Shown here piece after piece: positions 55,224 through 64,000 of a stretch of DNA of 64,000 bases. Numbering within the stretch: the stretch's first letter is position 1; every line of letters begins with the position of its first letter. The notes under the pieces are model-generated. The model ran no database searches. It was given only the letters and a program-made list of their open reading frames with translations, and was not told the origin of the DNA. The translations under genes and the position numbers were made by a program. The stretch covers positions 30,256-94,255 of the forward strand of contig CBDCCE010000017.1 of the NCBI GenBank assembly GCA_965214575.1, written 5' to 3'. Source of the stretch: Puia sp. (GTDB lineage: Bacteria; Bacteroidota; Bacteroidia; Chitinophagales; Chitinophagaceae).

Positions 55224-55496
55224 ATGATCATTCAATTCAACAAAAATATTCAGTTTTCGAAACTGATTAAAGCAGAAGGCCGCCTGAGGGAATTTAACTT
55301 TCGTAAAGTGAACGGACTGCATGAAGAACTGTTTACAGTAGACGTAAGTGATGACCGCGGCAACCGGATCATGTTCAAAATGCGCAAAGAAGCAAACGAA
55401 TGGCTGTTACAAACCGAGCAACCGCTGCCAGAATGGGTAAAATCAAATACCGTAAAGTTTAATGAGGCCATTGAGGAAGAGCTCAGAATATCCTGA
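55224..55496 (+). CDS. Hypothetical small protein
   Basis: The ORF-track start at 55209 is TTG. The first ATG is at 55224. I recognise no family. Confidence 0.35.
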   Translation: MIIQFNKNIQFSKLIKAEGRLREFNFRKVNGLHEELFTVDVSDDRGNRIMFKMRKEANEWLLQTEQPLPEWVKSNTVKFNEAIEEELRIS

Positions 55497-55531
55497 TTAC
55501 ACTTATATTTATTGCAGCGATTTTCCCCTGC

Positions 55532-56044
55532 ATGGTTCAATTCACCGCCGTCATACAACAATTTGCCGAACAGGGTGAGAAGACGGGCTGGTCCTATGTG
55601 ACCGTTCCCGTTGACATTGCTCAAAAGCTGAAGCCGGGTAATAAAAAGTCTTTTCGGGTGAAGGGGAAACTGGATAACTATCCCATCGCGCAGCAGGCAC
55701 TTCTTCCCATGGGCAATGGAAATTTTATTCTTCCGTTGAAAGCAGATCTGCGAAAAGCCATTCATAAAAATAAAGGCGCTATGCTTAAACTGAGCCTGGC
55801 AGAAGACAAAAAACCACTGCAGCTCTCTGCCGAGTTGCAGGAATGCCTCTCAGACTCACCACTCGCAGAAAAAAATTTTAAAGCCCTGCCCCTGTCGCAT
55901 CAGATGTATTACAGTAAATGGATTGAATCGGGAAAGTCGGTGCAGACGAGGGCCAAACGAATTCACTGCACTATTTTGGGCATGGAAAAAAATCTGAGCT
56001 ATGCCGAAGTGCTGAAGTTAAATGCACAATCTGTTAATAAGTAA
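55532..56044 (+). CDS. YdeI/DUF1905 family protein
   Basis: 170 aa. The N-terminal segment EKTGWSYVTVPVDIAQKLKPGNKKSFRVKGKLDNYPI is DUF1905-like, and the C-terminal half is YdeI-like. Confidence 0.65.
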   Translation: MVQFTAVIQQFAEQGEKTGWSYVTVPVDIAQKLKPGNKKSFRVKGKLDNYPIAQQALLPMGNGNFILPLKADLRKAIHKNKGAMLKLSLAEDKKPLQLSAELQECLSDSPLAEKNFKALPLSHQMYYSKWIESGKSVQTRAKRIHCTILGMEKNLSYAEVLKLNAQSVNK

Positions 56045-56136
56045 GTTGATGGAATTTCAATTATAAAGAATTAAATTTGGTTACACGCCTCGTACAATAA
56101 GAAGACACCTCATTTGAAAACTTAAAAATTCCTGAA

Positions 56137-57108
56137 TTGACTGAAACGATTATTAACCTGGAAACTGTTAACCCGATCGAATTTTTTGGAGTTAACAATG
56201 GCAAATTAGACATCCTGAAAAAAAAATTTCCACTTCTTAAAATTTTATCACGCGGAACACAAATCAAACTGAGCGGCGCACCTGAACAGGTAGAAACAGC
56301 AAAAGAAAAAATTGACCTCCTCCTCCAGTACCTGGAGCGAAACGGAAATCTTACAGAAAATTACTTCAACCAGATCCTCGGCGGAGATGACGCCGAAACG
56401 GTCGACAATTTCGTGGACAGAAATCCAAATGATATCCTGGTATTCGGCCCCAACGGCAAAACGGTTCGGGCAAGAACGATTAATCAGAAAAAGCTGGTTA
56501 CTGCCTCCGAAAGAAATGATATCCTCTTCGCCATCGGGCCCGCGGGTACGGGTAAAACTTATACTGCCGTCGCCATGGCCGTACGCGCTTTGAAGAACAA
56601 ACAGGTAAAGAAAATAATCCTGACGCGTCCCGCGGTGGAGGCGGGCGAAAATCTTGGATTCCTTCCGGGAGATCTGAAGGAAAAAATCGATCCTTACCTG
56701 CGTCCGTTATATGATGCGCTGGATGATATGATTCCTGCCGACAAGCTCGGGTATTATATGACCACGCGAACCATCGAAATTGCACCTCTGGCTTATATGC
56801 GCGGTCGTACGCTCGACAATGCTTTTATCATTTTGGATGAGGCACAGAATTCCACCGAACTTCAACTGAAGATGTTCCTTACGCGTATAGGACCCAGTGC
56901 GAAAGCGATCATTACCGGCGATCTTACACAGATCGATCTGCCCAAAAATCAGAAAAGTGGTCTCGCAAAAGCACTCTATATCCTCAAGGGCATCGAAGGA
57001 ATTGCCCATATTGAACTGGATGAAGAAGATGTGGTTCGTCACCGGCTGGTAAAAGCCATCATCAGGGCATACGACAAAGACAAGGTGATTGAACAAGGGG
57101 GTGCCTGA
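56137..57108 (+). CDS. phoH: PhoH family ATPase
   Basis: 323 aa with a TTG start. It has Walker [14 protein letters not shown], Walker [10 protein letters not shown] and the motif [11 protein letters not shown]. Confidence 0.9.
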   Translation: MTETIINLETVNPIEFFGVNNGKLDILKKKFPLLKILSRGTQIKLSGAPEQVETAKEKIDLLLQYLERNGNLTENYFNQILGGDDAETVDNFVDRNPNDILVFGPNGKTVRARTINQKKLVTASERNDILFAIGPAGTGKTYTAVAMAVRALKNKQVKKIILTRPAVEAGENLGFLPGDLKEKIDPYLRPLYDALDDMIPADKLGYYMTTRTIEIAPLAYMRGRTLDNAFIILDEAQNSTELQLKMFLTRIGPSAKAIITGDLTQIDLPKNQKSGLAKALYILKGIEGIAHIELDEEDVVRHRLVKAIIRAYDKDKVIEQGGA

Positions 57109-57129
57109 ATCCCTTAGTTTTGTATTTCA

Positions 57130-57546
57130 ATGAAGCGTATGCTGAAAAACCTTTTTGCAAGTACCATATTCCTTTTTATTATATCCTGTAACGCCGGAAA
57201 AACCTTTAATAAAGCGGAAGACGCGCAGGATGCGGGGCGACAGTTTATCCGGGCCTCCCTGGATGGTGATTATGAAAAGGCAAGATTTTATCTGTTAAGC
57301 GATTCTGTCAACCTCCTGCTGATCAGTAAATGGCAGCAGGGGTTTGATCAGATGGACCGGGATACGCGTCAGAGTTACCGGGAGGCCAGTATCCTTCCCA
57401 TTAGTATCCGGGCCCTTAACGATTCGGTGACGACCTATACTTTTTCAAACAGCTTCCGGAAAGACACGACGACGGTTCATATCGTTAGAAGAAACGGTGA
57501 ATGGCTGGTTGATCTGAAGGAAATACTGAACGAAAAACACTCCTGA
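57130..57546 (+). CDS. Hypothetical lipoprotein
   Basis: 138 aa with a signal peptide and lipobox (LFIISCNAG). Confidence 0.5.
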   Translation: MKRMLKNLFASTIFLFIISCNAGKTFNKAEDAQDAGRQFIRASLDGDYEKARFYLLSDSVNLLLISKWQQGFDQMDRDTRQSYREASILPISIRALNDSVTTYTFSNSFRKDTTTVHIVRRNGEWLVDLKEILNEKHS

Positions 57547-57604
57547 CGCGGCCGTTTTGCGCTCTGGCACTGAATGAGTAGGTTTGCAGCCTCAACCCCA
57601 ACTT

Positions 57605-58156
57605 ATGAATAAGATGAATGTTTCTCATCCCTGGCATGGCGTTCCATACGGAGATCATGCGCCCCGCATCGTCAATGCCATTATAGAAATCCCGCAGGGA
57701 GCACGCGCCAAATATGAAATTGATAAAGAATCCGGTCTGTTGAAGCTGGACAGGGTTATCTATTCGTCTTTTTACTATCCCGTGAATTATGGTTTTATTC
57801 CCCAAACCTACGGCGACGACAAGGATCCGCTGGATATTCTGGTGATCACCTCCCTTCCTGTCGTACCTCTTTGCCTCATGGAGGCGAAAGTTCTGGGTGT
57901 TATGCAAATGATCGATAACGGAGACGGAGATGACAAAATCATTGCTGTGGCAGCCACCGATCCCGGAGTCAATCACTACAATAATATAGAAGAACTTCCC
58001 AAGCACTTTTTCGATGAACTGCGGCATTTCTTTGAAGAGTATAAAAAGCTCGAAAATAAAGCAGTAAAAGTGGAGGAGTTTGGAGATAAAACGATGGCAC
58101 TGAAGGTAATAGAAAATGCCATCGCCTTTTACAAAAAGGAATTTGGCAATAAATAG
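57605..58156 (+). CDS. ppa: Inorganic pyrophosphatase (family I)
   Basis: Trimmed to the ATG at 57605. It has the motifs EIPQGARAKYEIDKE, YGFIPQTYGDDKDPLD and DNGDGDDKIIAV. Confidence 0.9.
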   Translation: MNKMNVSHPWHGVPYGDHAPRIVNAIIEIPQGARAKYEIDKESGLLKLDRVIYSSFYYPVNYGFIPQTYGDDKDPLDILVITSLPVVPLCLMEAKVLGVMQMIDNGDGDDKIIAVAATDPGVNHYNNIEELPKHFFDELRHFFEEYKKLENKAVKVEEFGDKTMALKVIENAIAFYKKEFGNK

Positions 58157-58216
58157 CCTGATTTATTTATGTATTCCATTCCCTGCTGCATCTTTATAGA
58201 AAGCTGATCCATTACG

Positions 58217-58783
58217 GTGCACCCGAAATCACATACCCGACTTACCGATCAGGAGATTCTGAGCCATTTTTATGCCGATCATAACAATCAATGGCTGGGC
58301 GACCTACTCGAGAGATATACCCTTCTGCTCTATGGGGTGTCTATGAAGTACCTGAAAAATCCGGAAGAAGCCCGTGATGCCGTACAACAGATTTTTCTGA
58401 AAGTCATTACGGAGCTGCACAAATACGAAGTCACTTATTTCAGCTCCTGGCTCTATATGATCGCGAAAAATCATTGTCTGATGAAATTAAGGAATCAACG
58501 GAGGGATGTTTCCGTGGATCAGGTGGCAGAGCCATTCATCGAGGCTGATCAGACTGATCCTTTCCGGAGTGAAACACTTTTGAACGACCTGGGAGAAGCC
58601 CTGCAGCACTTAAGTCAGGAACAGAAAACCTGTGTACGACTTTTCTACCTCGAAAAGAAATCATACCAGTCGATTACTGAGGAAACAGGCTTCAGCATGC
58701 TGCAGGTAAAAAGCTATATTCAAAATGGCAAAAGAAATCTCAGACTTTTACTCGAAAAAAAAATTGACTCATTGGAGAATTAA
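58217..58783 (+). CDS. ECF-type RNA polymerase sigma factor
   Basis: 188 aa with a GTG start. Region 2 is DAVQQIFLKV..SWLYMIAKNHCL and the region 4 HTH is SYQSITEETGFSMLQVKSYIQNGKRNL. Confidence 0.85.
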   Translation: MHPKSHTRLTDQEILSHFYADHNNQWLGDLLERYTLLLYGVSMKYLKNPEEARDAVQQIFLKVITELHKYEVTYFSSWLYMIAKNHCLMKLRNQRRDVSVDQVAEPFIEADQTDPFRSETLLNDLGEALQHLSQEQKTCVRLFYLEKKSYQSITEETGFSMLQVKSYIQNGKRNLRLLLEKKIDSLEN

Positions 58784-58785
58784 TC

Positions 58786-59139
58786 ATGACAGAAAATTCA
58801 AACGATAAAAGGCCTTCCGGGAAAAAACTTCCAGTCCCGCTGGATCAACATCTGCGAACGCTGCTTGAAGAGAAGGACCTGGGTCGCTTCCACGATCAGC
58901 TTCCGGAAGGTTTTATCTCAGATGCTGCAGAAGGATTAAAGGACCTGCCGGATTCCGAACAACTAGACTCTGTTCTGAATCAGCTGAATCACGACATGCA
59001 CCGGCAATTGGGGAATAAAAAGGCAAAAAGGAAAAGACGATCCATCGCAGATATGTCATGGACCTATTGGACCATCATCATCATATTAATTCTGGCCGTT
59101 TTGGGATATTTTATAATAAGCCTAAAGCTCAAAGCGTAA
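58786..59139 (+). CDS. Putative anti-sigma factor (single C-terminal TM helix)
   Basis: 117 aa. It lies 2 nt after the sigma gene stop. The C-terminal TM helix is WTYWTIIIILILAVLGYFIISL. Confidence 0.5.
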   Translation: MTENSNDKRPSGKKLPVPLDQHLRTLLEEKDLGRFHDQLPEGFISDAAEGLKDLPDSEQLDSVLNQLNHDMHRQLGNKKAKRKRRSIADMSWTYWTIIIILILAVLGYFIISLKLKA

Positions 59140-59172
59140 AGCATTTATAGGCCTAAAGCTCAAAGCCTAAAA
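59121..59172. repeat. CYNAAAG heptamer repeat block (dispersed family, locus 3)
   Basis: cctaaag ctcaaag cgtaaag ... cctaaag ctcaaag cctaaaa. The first units encode the last residues (SLKLKA*) of the anti-sigma ORF. Confidence 0.6.
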
Positions 59173-59242
59173 CCTCTTTTTGGATCTCAGATTTTACTTA
59201 AGAATTGTAAACATGAAGAGCTGTAAGCTTTTAGCTTTAGGC

Positions 59243-60340
59243 TTATTGGTATTGAATGTAAACCGGCTTGGGCTTAAGTTTCATGACCTCTTCGGGAGTC
59301 ATCATACTGCTGCCGGCTTCGCGAAAGTCATTTTTGTAAAACAATTTGAAGCCTGTAAACTGAACCGGTTCCCGGGAAACATATTCCCGATAAGTAGTCA
59401 GTTTACGCGATTTGGCACCCCAGCCATCCATATCAATGACCACCTGTACCTGAGGATCCGGTCTGATGCTTTTATAATTGCGGATCATCGCCTGTGTAAA
59501 GCGGTGGACCACCAGCACTTTTGGCGGAAGTTGATTATTCTTAACAATATTTGAAAGATACCTGATGGTAAAGTTGATGTCTGAATCGTTCATGGTGCCT
59601 ATCACAGATCCGGGCTTCTTGCCGGTTTTCATGGAAAACTCCGGATCTATTCCCAGATGAACCTGCGGCATTTTTAAATAGGGCTCCAACATCGGAACTT
59701 CTTCCTGAACCGTACTCATACCCACCTGAATGTCGAGAAAAACGAGGGCGTTGATTCTCGCCGCCATCCGGATTACCGAATCGATCTGTTTGAATGGCAT
59801 CCGCAGACGGTATTTGTCACCCTTACCCGGATAACCCTGTGCTGTGACGGCTATATAGTGTAAAGCAGGTATCGCGGGGACTGTGGAATCCACAGCCTGC
59901 CATTTTTTTACTTCGGCCTTAAGTTTAGCAAACATCTCATCCGTCGGATATTCTCCCAGTACACCCATTTTTTTGGAGTAGAGGTTGCCATAATAGGCAA
60001 TTACCCGGTTAAAAGGAAAAATAGCTCCCGGTAAGGGATACTGAAGCCTAACCGGCCAGCGTCCGGAACTGTCTCCGTTGCTCAGGGCTTTATTGAGTAC
60101 ATCATACCTGACGGTATCCAGTACGGCTGGAGCTAAACGAAGCAGGGCTGAATCTTTGTTGACTGCTGTATCCTTATTGTTTGAAAGCAGCTCGGAATTG
60201 TTCCGGTGAAAGAAATTTCCGGAGCCTAAAGCCCGGAAAAAAAAGAGACCCGCGATGAGGGCAAGGGCCACCGAGGCAATGATTATATTTTGTTTCCTGA
60301 ACATACCGGTTCTGCCGGCCGTTTTGGGACTAAGTTCCAT
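59243..60340 (-). CDS. Hypothetical membrane-anchored protein
   Basis: 365 aa with an N-terminal TM helix (IIIASVALALIAGLFFF). An alternative start exists at 60304. I recognise no family. Confidence 0.5.
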   Translation of the reverse strand: MELSPKTAGRTGMFRKQNIIIASVALALIAGLFFFRALGSGNFFHRNNSELLSNNKDTAVNKDSALLRLAPAVLDTVRYDVLNKALSNGDSSGRWPVRLQYPLPGAIFPFNRVIAYYGNLYSKKMGVLGEYPTDEMFAKLKAEVKKWQAVDSTVPAIPALHYIAVTAQGYPGKGDKYRLRMPFKQIDSVIRMAARINALVFLDIQVGMSTVQEEVPMLEPYLKMPQVHLGIDPEFSMKTGKKPGSVIGTMNDSDINFTIRYLSNIVKNNQLPPKVLVVHRFTQAMIRNYKSIRPDPQVQVVIDMDGWGAKSRKLTTYREYVSREPVQFTGFKLFYKNDFREAGSSMMTPEEVMKLKPKPVYIQYQ

Positions 60341-60421
60341 AAAGAATTATTATTCGAAAGGGTAATGATCTTCAATTAAAACAAAACGATATATAAACTG
60401 CTTTATTTTACATTTTATAAG

Positions 60422-62050
60422 TTAAAAAACGATTTTCTTGTACCAGTTGATCAGGCCATTGGTGGAGGCATCGTGACTACCCGTTTCCTCGCCTGTTTTT
60501 AACTCGGGCAGAATCTTTCCGGCCAGCTCCTTGCCCAGCTCCACGCCCCACTGGTCGAATGAGAATATGTTCCAAATTACACCCTGAACAAAAATTTTAT
60601 GTTCGTAGAGCGCAATCAGCTGACCCAGCGTATAAGGTGTGATCACTTTGATCAGAAAGGAATTGGTCGGGCGGTTTCCGCTGAAAAACTTAAAGGGTAT
60701 CAATTCGGGCTTAACATGCGCTCCCAGCAGCTCATCGGGTGTACGGCCATTCATCAGTGCTTCGGTTTGCGCGAAGAAATTGGACATCAGTTTTGCGTGG
60801 TGATCGCCCAGGGGATTGTGACTGACTGCCGGCGCGATAAAGTCACAGGGTATTAACACCGTACCCTGATGAATAAGCTGGTAAAAAGCATGTTGCCCAT
60901 TCGTACCCGGCTCACCCCAAACCACGGGCCCTGTAGAATAATTTACAGGAACGCCATTGCGGTCTACGGATTTCCCATTACTCTCCATATTACCCTGTTG
61001 AAAATAGGCGGCAAACCGGTGCATATATTGATCGTAGGCCAGAATGGCCTCGGTTTGTGAACCGAAGAAATTCCGGTACCAGATCCCCAGCAGCGCCATA
61101 ATCACGGGAATATTTTTCTCAAAAGGCGTATTTTTAAAATGCTTGTCCGATGCATGGGCACCGTGCAGGAGTTCTTCGAAACGGGGATAACCCACCATCA
61201 GCGCGATGGACAGACCGATCGAGCTCCAAAGTGAATACCTTCCTCCCACCCAGTCCCAGAAAACGAACATATTGGAACGGTCGATTCCAAATTTCACTAC
61301 CTCCGCTTCGTTGGTCGAAAGCGCCACGAAGTGTTTGGCAATATGAGCTTCATCCACGGCCGACTTCAAAAACCATTCTCTCGCGCTGAAAGCGTTCGTC
61401 ATGGTTTCCTGTGTAGTAAAAGTTTTTGAAGCAATTAGAAAAAGAGTTTCCTCGGGATTAATCTGTTTTAATACTTCAACAATCTGCGTGGCATCCACAT
61501 TGGAAACAAAATAGGCCTGCATACCTTCGATCCAGTAATGTTTCAGCGCTTCGGTTACCATCACAGGGCCCAGATCACTACCGCCGATTCCGATATTCAC
61601 TATATTCCTTATCGGCTTTCCGCTGTATCCCTTCCATTCGTCCGTATGAATTTTAAGGCAGAACGACTTCATATGTTCGAGGGAGTCCACCACTTCGGGC
61701 ATCACGTCCTTTCCATCGGAAAAAACGGGCTCGCCGGAAAAATTACGGAGCGCGGTATGGAGTACAGACCGGTTTTCTGTTTCATTGATTTTTTCTCCGG
61801 CAAACATTGCCTGCAGGGCATCCCAAACCTTGCATTCTGCCGCCAAATCCAGCAAATGGGAAAAGGTTTCCGCATTTAAGAGATTTTTAGAATAGTCAAA
61901 AAGGATATCTCCAAAAATGATCGAATATTTGTTAAACCGTTCGCTGTCGTCCGTAAACAGTTTTTTCATCTGAATACCCTTCATATACTGCTGATCCGCT
62001 TGCAGTTTTTTCCAGGCTGCGGTTTCTACAGGGGTGGTATTTGGAAACAT
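60422..62050 (-). CDS. pgi: Glucose-6-phosphate isomerase
   Basis: Trimmed to the ATG at 62050. It has the PGI signatures [18 protein letters not shown] and [15 protein letters not shown]. Confidence 0.95.
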   Translation of the reverse strand: MFPNTTPVETAAWKKLQADQQYMKGIQMKKLFTDDSERFNKYSIIFGDILFDYSKNLLNAETFSHLLDLAAECKVWDALQAMFAGEKINETENRSVLHTALRNFSGEPVFSDGKDVMPEVVDSLEHMKSFCLKIHTDEWKGYSGKPIRNIVNIGIGGSDLGPVMVTEALKHYWIEGMQAYFVSNVDATQIVEVLKQINPEETLFLIASKTFTTQETMTNAFSAREWFLKSAVDEAHIAKHFVALSTNEAEVVKFGIDRSNMFVFWDWVGGRYSLWSSIGLSIALMVGYPRFEELLHGAHASDKHFKNTPFEKNIPVIMALLGIWYRNFFGSQTEAILAYDQYMHRFAAYFQQGNMESNGKSVDRNGVPVNYSTGPVVWGEPGTNGQHAFYQLIHQGTVLIPCDFIAPAVSHNPLGDHHAKLMSNFFAQTEALMNGRTPDELLGAHVKPELIPFKFFSGNRPTNSFLIKVITPYTLGQLIALYEHKIFVQGVIWNIFSFDQWGVELGKELAGKILPELKTGEETGSHDASTNGLINWYKKIVF

Positions 62051-62141
62051 AAAAAGAGTTGGCTTTTTGTTTGCTAACAAAATTACGATTTGAATGTTGT
62101 TATTTACTAACGATTGAATTCATATTTATAAAACATCTTCT

Positions 62142-62360
62142 ATGAGTCAGGCTTTTGTTCGGGAAAATGATGAAATGATGTTGCAGGATGTGCCTCCCTC
62201 ACCCACTGCTCTTGCTATATACCTCACGCGTGAGAATAACGGAATCCGGGTTTACGAAAAACACCTGGTAAAGGATGCGGATCAGCACCGGGAAGTGCAT
62301 GTGATGAGCAACGGGCTCTCCTATGCGAAGGATGAAAATTCAAAATGGTACGTTATTTAA
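62142..62360 (+). CDS. Hypothetical small protein
   Basis: 72 aa ORF with an ATG start. I recognise no family. Confidence 0.35.
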   Translation: MSQAFVRENDEMMLQDVPPSPTALAIYLTRENNGIRVYEKHLVKDADQHREVHVMSNGLSYAKDENSKWYVI

Positions 62361-62406
62361 GCTGGAAGCTCAAAGCCCTTAGGTTTTTGAAGAATGGTGA
62401 AACAGG

Positions 62407-63426
62407 TTAAGACCAATTGGCGAGGGTACCGGAAAAAAGATCGACCATATCATTTGTTATATCCAGGTGGGTAACCATGCGCAGACGTTTCGGGGAGATC
62501 GTTAACAAAAGAATATCTTTTTCTTTCATTGAAGAAATAAATCGTTTGGGATCTTCTCCGTCAGTCAACTCAAAAACAACCAGGTTGGTTTCAACGGGTA
62601 AGACCATTTTTATTTTTGGATGGGCCAGCAGCGCGGATTCTATCTGCTTCGCATGCGCGTGATCTTCGCCCAGCCTGTCCACATGATGCTGGAGAGCATA
62701 AGATGCAGTGGCCGCCAGAAATCCTGCCTGTCTCAGTCCTCCGCCTAACACTTTGCGAACCCTTCTTGCCTGATGAATAAACGTCCGGGTGCCCAGAAGG
62801 ACACTGCCGGCAGGGCAACCCAGTCCTTTATTGAGACAAACCGATATGCTGTGGAAAAGATTTCCGTATGCCTCAGGCTGTTGCTTTTTTGCCACGAGCG
62901 CATTGAATAACCGCGCACCATCCAGGTGAAGGCGGAGTCCGTGATCATCGCAAACCTTCCTGATTCTTTTTATTTCTTCCAAATCGTAACAGGCTCCCCC
63001 TCCACGGTTGCAGGTATTCTCGAGACAGACCAGTGAACTGTGTGCCCGGTGAACGTCTTCTGGATTGATCACCGCCAAAACCTGCTCTGCGGAAATTTTG
63101 CCCCGCTCTCCGGCAAGGGTTCTTGTCTGGCAACCCGCGTTATAAGCGATACCCCCTCCTTCATAATAGAAAACATGCGACTCCTGTTCGCTGATCACCT
63201 CGTCGCCGGGTTTTGTATGACTCGCAATGGCAATCTGATTGGACATTGTTCCGCTGGCACACCATAACGCGGCTTCCATTCCGAACATTTCGGACATGTT
63301 ATTTTCCAACTCATTTACACTCGGGTCTTCCCTAAAAACGTCATCTCCTACGGGCGCGTTCATCATCGCCTGCATCATGCCCGGTGTAGGCTTTGTTACG
63401 GTATCGGAACGAAAATCAGCGATCAT
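62407..63426 (-). CDS. ltaE: Low-specificity L-threonine aldolase
   Basis: 339 aa. The N-terminus is [28 protein letters not shown], and there is a PLP-fold Lys region (CLNKGLG). Confidence 0.85.
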   Translation of the reverse strand: MIADFRSDTVTKPTPGMMQAMMNAPVGDDVFREDPSVNELENNMSEMFGMEAALWCASGTMSNQIAIASHTKPGDEVISEQESHVFYYEGGGIAYNAGCQTRTLAGERGKISAEQVLAVINPEDVHRAHSSLVCLENTCNRGGGACYDLEEIKRIRKVCDDHGLRLHLDGARLFNALVAKKQQPEAYGNLFHSISVCLNKGLGCPAGSVLLGTRTFIHQARRVRKVLGGGLRQAGFLAATASYALQHHVDRLGEDHAHAKQIESALLAHPKIKMVLPVETNLVVFELTDGEDPKRFISSMKEKDILLLTISPKRLRMVTHLDITNDMVDLFSGTLANWS

Positions 63427-63503
63427 ACAATGTACTTGTTAAAATAAAACAGGAGCTGCCTGCTGGCATAACAATTGAAATATTACGATATAAAAATAAT
63501 ACT

Positions 63504-63719
63504 ATGGACAATTTAATTGTGAAAGGAACCTGGAACACGCTGAAAGGTAAATTAAAGCAGGCCTATGGAAATCTGACAGACGATGATCTGAAATACGAAG
63601 AAGGAAAGGAAGATGAATTGCTGGGCCGTCTGCAACAGAAAACCGGGAAAACAAAGGATGATTTAAAGAAATGGTTCAGTACGAGTCAGGAAACACATAC
63701 AGAAAAAACAAGGCTTTAA
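63504..63719 (+). CDS. csbD: CsbD family stress protein
   Basis: Trimmed to the ATG at 63504. [47 protein letters not shown] is the CsbD motif. Confidence 0.75.
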   Translation: MDNLIVKGTWNTLKGKLKQAYGNLTDDDLKYEEGKEDELLGRLQQKTGKTKDDLKKWFSTSQETHTEKTRL

Positions 63720-63738
63720 TTGAGCCTTATCCGGCGCT

Positions 63739-63771
63739 CCCTTCCCCTTCAAAAAGGGAAGGGTTTTTTTT
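63739..63771 (+). terminator. Rho-independent terminator
   Basis: The CCCTTCCCcTT-caaa-AAGGGAAGGG stem is followed by TTTTTTTT. Confidence 0.75.
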
Positions 63772-63821
63772 GCCTTTAACCAACCCGGGCCGTTTGTAAA
63801 TGAATCTTTAACTTGCGGCCT

Positions 63822-64000
63822 ATGACACAGGAAAAGCTATTCGATATGAGGTCCCGGCTGAGTGGACTGAGGAGGTTTCTTTGACGTCGAGAACCGACAG
63901 ATTAAAATCAACGAAGAAAGACAGTTAACCGGCAGTTCAGGCTTCTGGGAAGACAATGAGCGCGCCACAGCCATACTCAAAAACATTAAAGTCAATGAGT
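63822..64000 (+). CDS. prfB: Peptide chain release factor 2, 5' part (programmed +1 frameshift; runs off the window)
   Basis: Frame 0 reads MTQEKLFDMRSRLSGLRRFL followed by an in-frame TGA at 63882-63884. The +1 frame continues DVENRQIKINEERQLTGSSGFWEDNERATAILKNIKVNE, which is typical of the RF2 N-terminus. Confidence 0.85.
63871..63885 (+). promoter_or_regulatory. RF2 autoregulatory +1 frameshift site
   Basis: GGAGG ttt CTT TGA C is an internal SD-like element followed by the canonical CUU UGA C shift site. Confidence 0.85.

Overview
The window is a chromosomal segment with Bacteroidota-style gene content (probably Chitinophagia or Sphingobacteriia; this is inference from gene families and TAnnTTTG-type promoter boxes). 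It is mostly housekeeping genes and is interrupted by one accessory island.

Left flank (1-11.8 kb): a glycogen/maltodextrin cluster on the minus strand (glgB partial, a GH13 amylase, a sugar MFS transporter, glgC, glgA). A sugar transporter and a ROK glucokinase are divergent from it. A tiny Pro-rich lipoprotein and lipA follow.

Island (11817-27604): a 15.8 kb integrative element bounded by a perfect 19 bp direct repeat (TCACTTTCGCTTGCCAAAC). It sits in the stop-codon end of a host outer-membrane-like gene, 13 nt upstream of lipA. It carries:
- a tyrosine integrase and an excisionase-like HTH protein;
- an AEP/PriCT primase and a RecA-fold ATPase, separated by a dense iteron block that is a candidate origin of replication;
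- small and large terminase genes;
- a tape-measure-like gene and a gpD/XkdQ-like hub gene split at an A9 run;
- a roughly 300 nt structured non-coding region with its own terminator;
- several small orphan ORFs.

No portal, capsid, protease, tail tube or lysis genes are recognisable. I therefore read the island as a candidate helper-dependent phage satellite of an undescribed type. A decayed prophage is the alternative.

Right flank (27.6-64 kb): ordinary genes. These are OsmC, DUF2851, maf, a UbiA prenyltransferase, kdsC, infC, thrS, an M28 peptidase, an ABC-F ATPase, a patatin-Omp85 protein, and the hut operon (hutH-hutU-hutI, a large membrane protein, ftcD). They are followed by glycosyltransferases, phoH, ppa, an ECF sigma/anti-sigma pair, pgi, ltaE, csbD, and the 5' end of prfB with its programmed +1 frameshift site.

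No rRNA, tRNA or CRISPR array was found.
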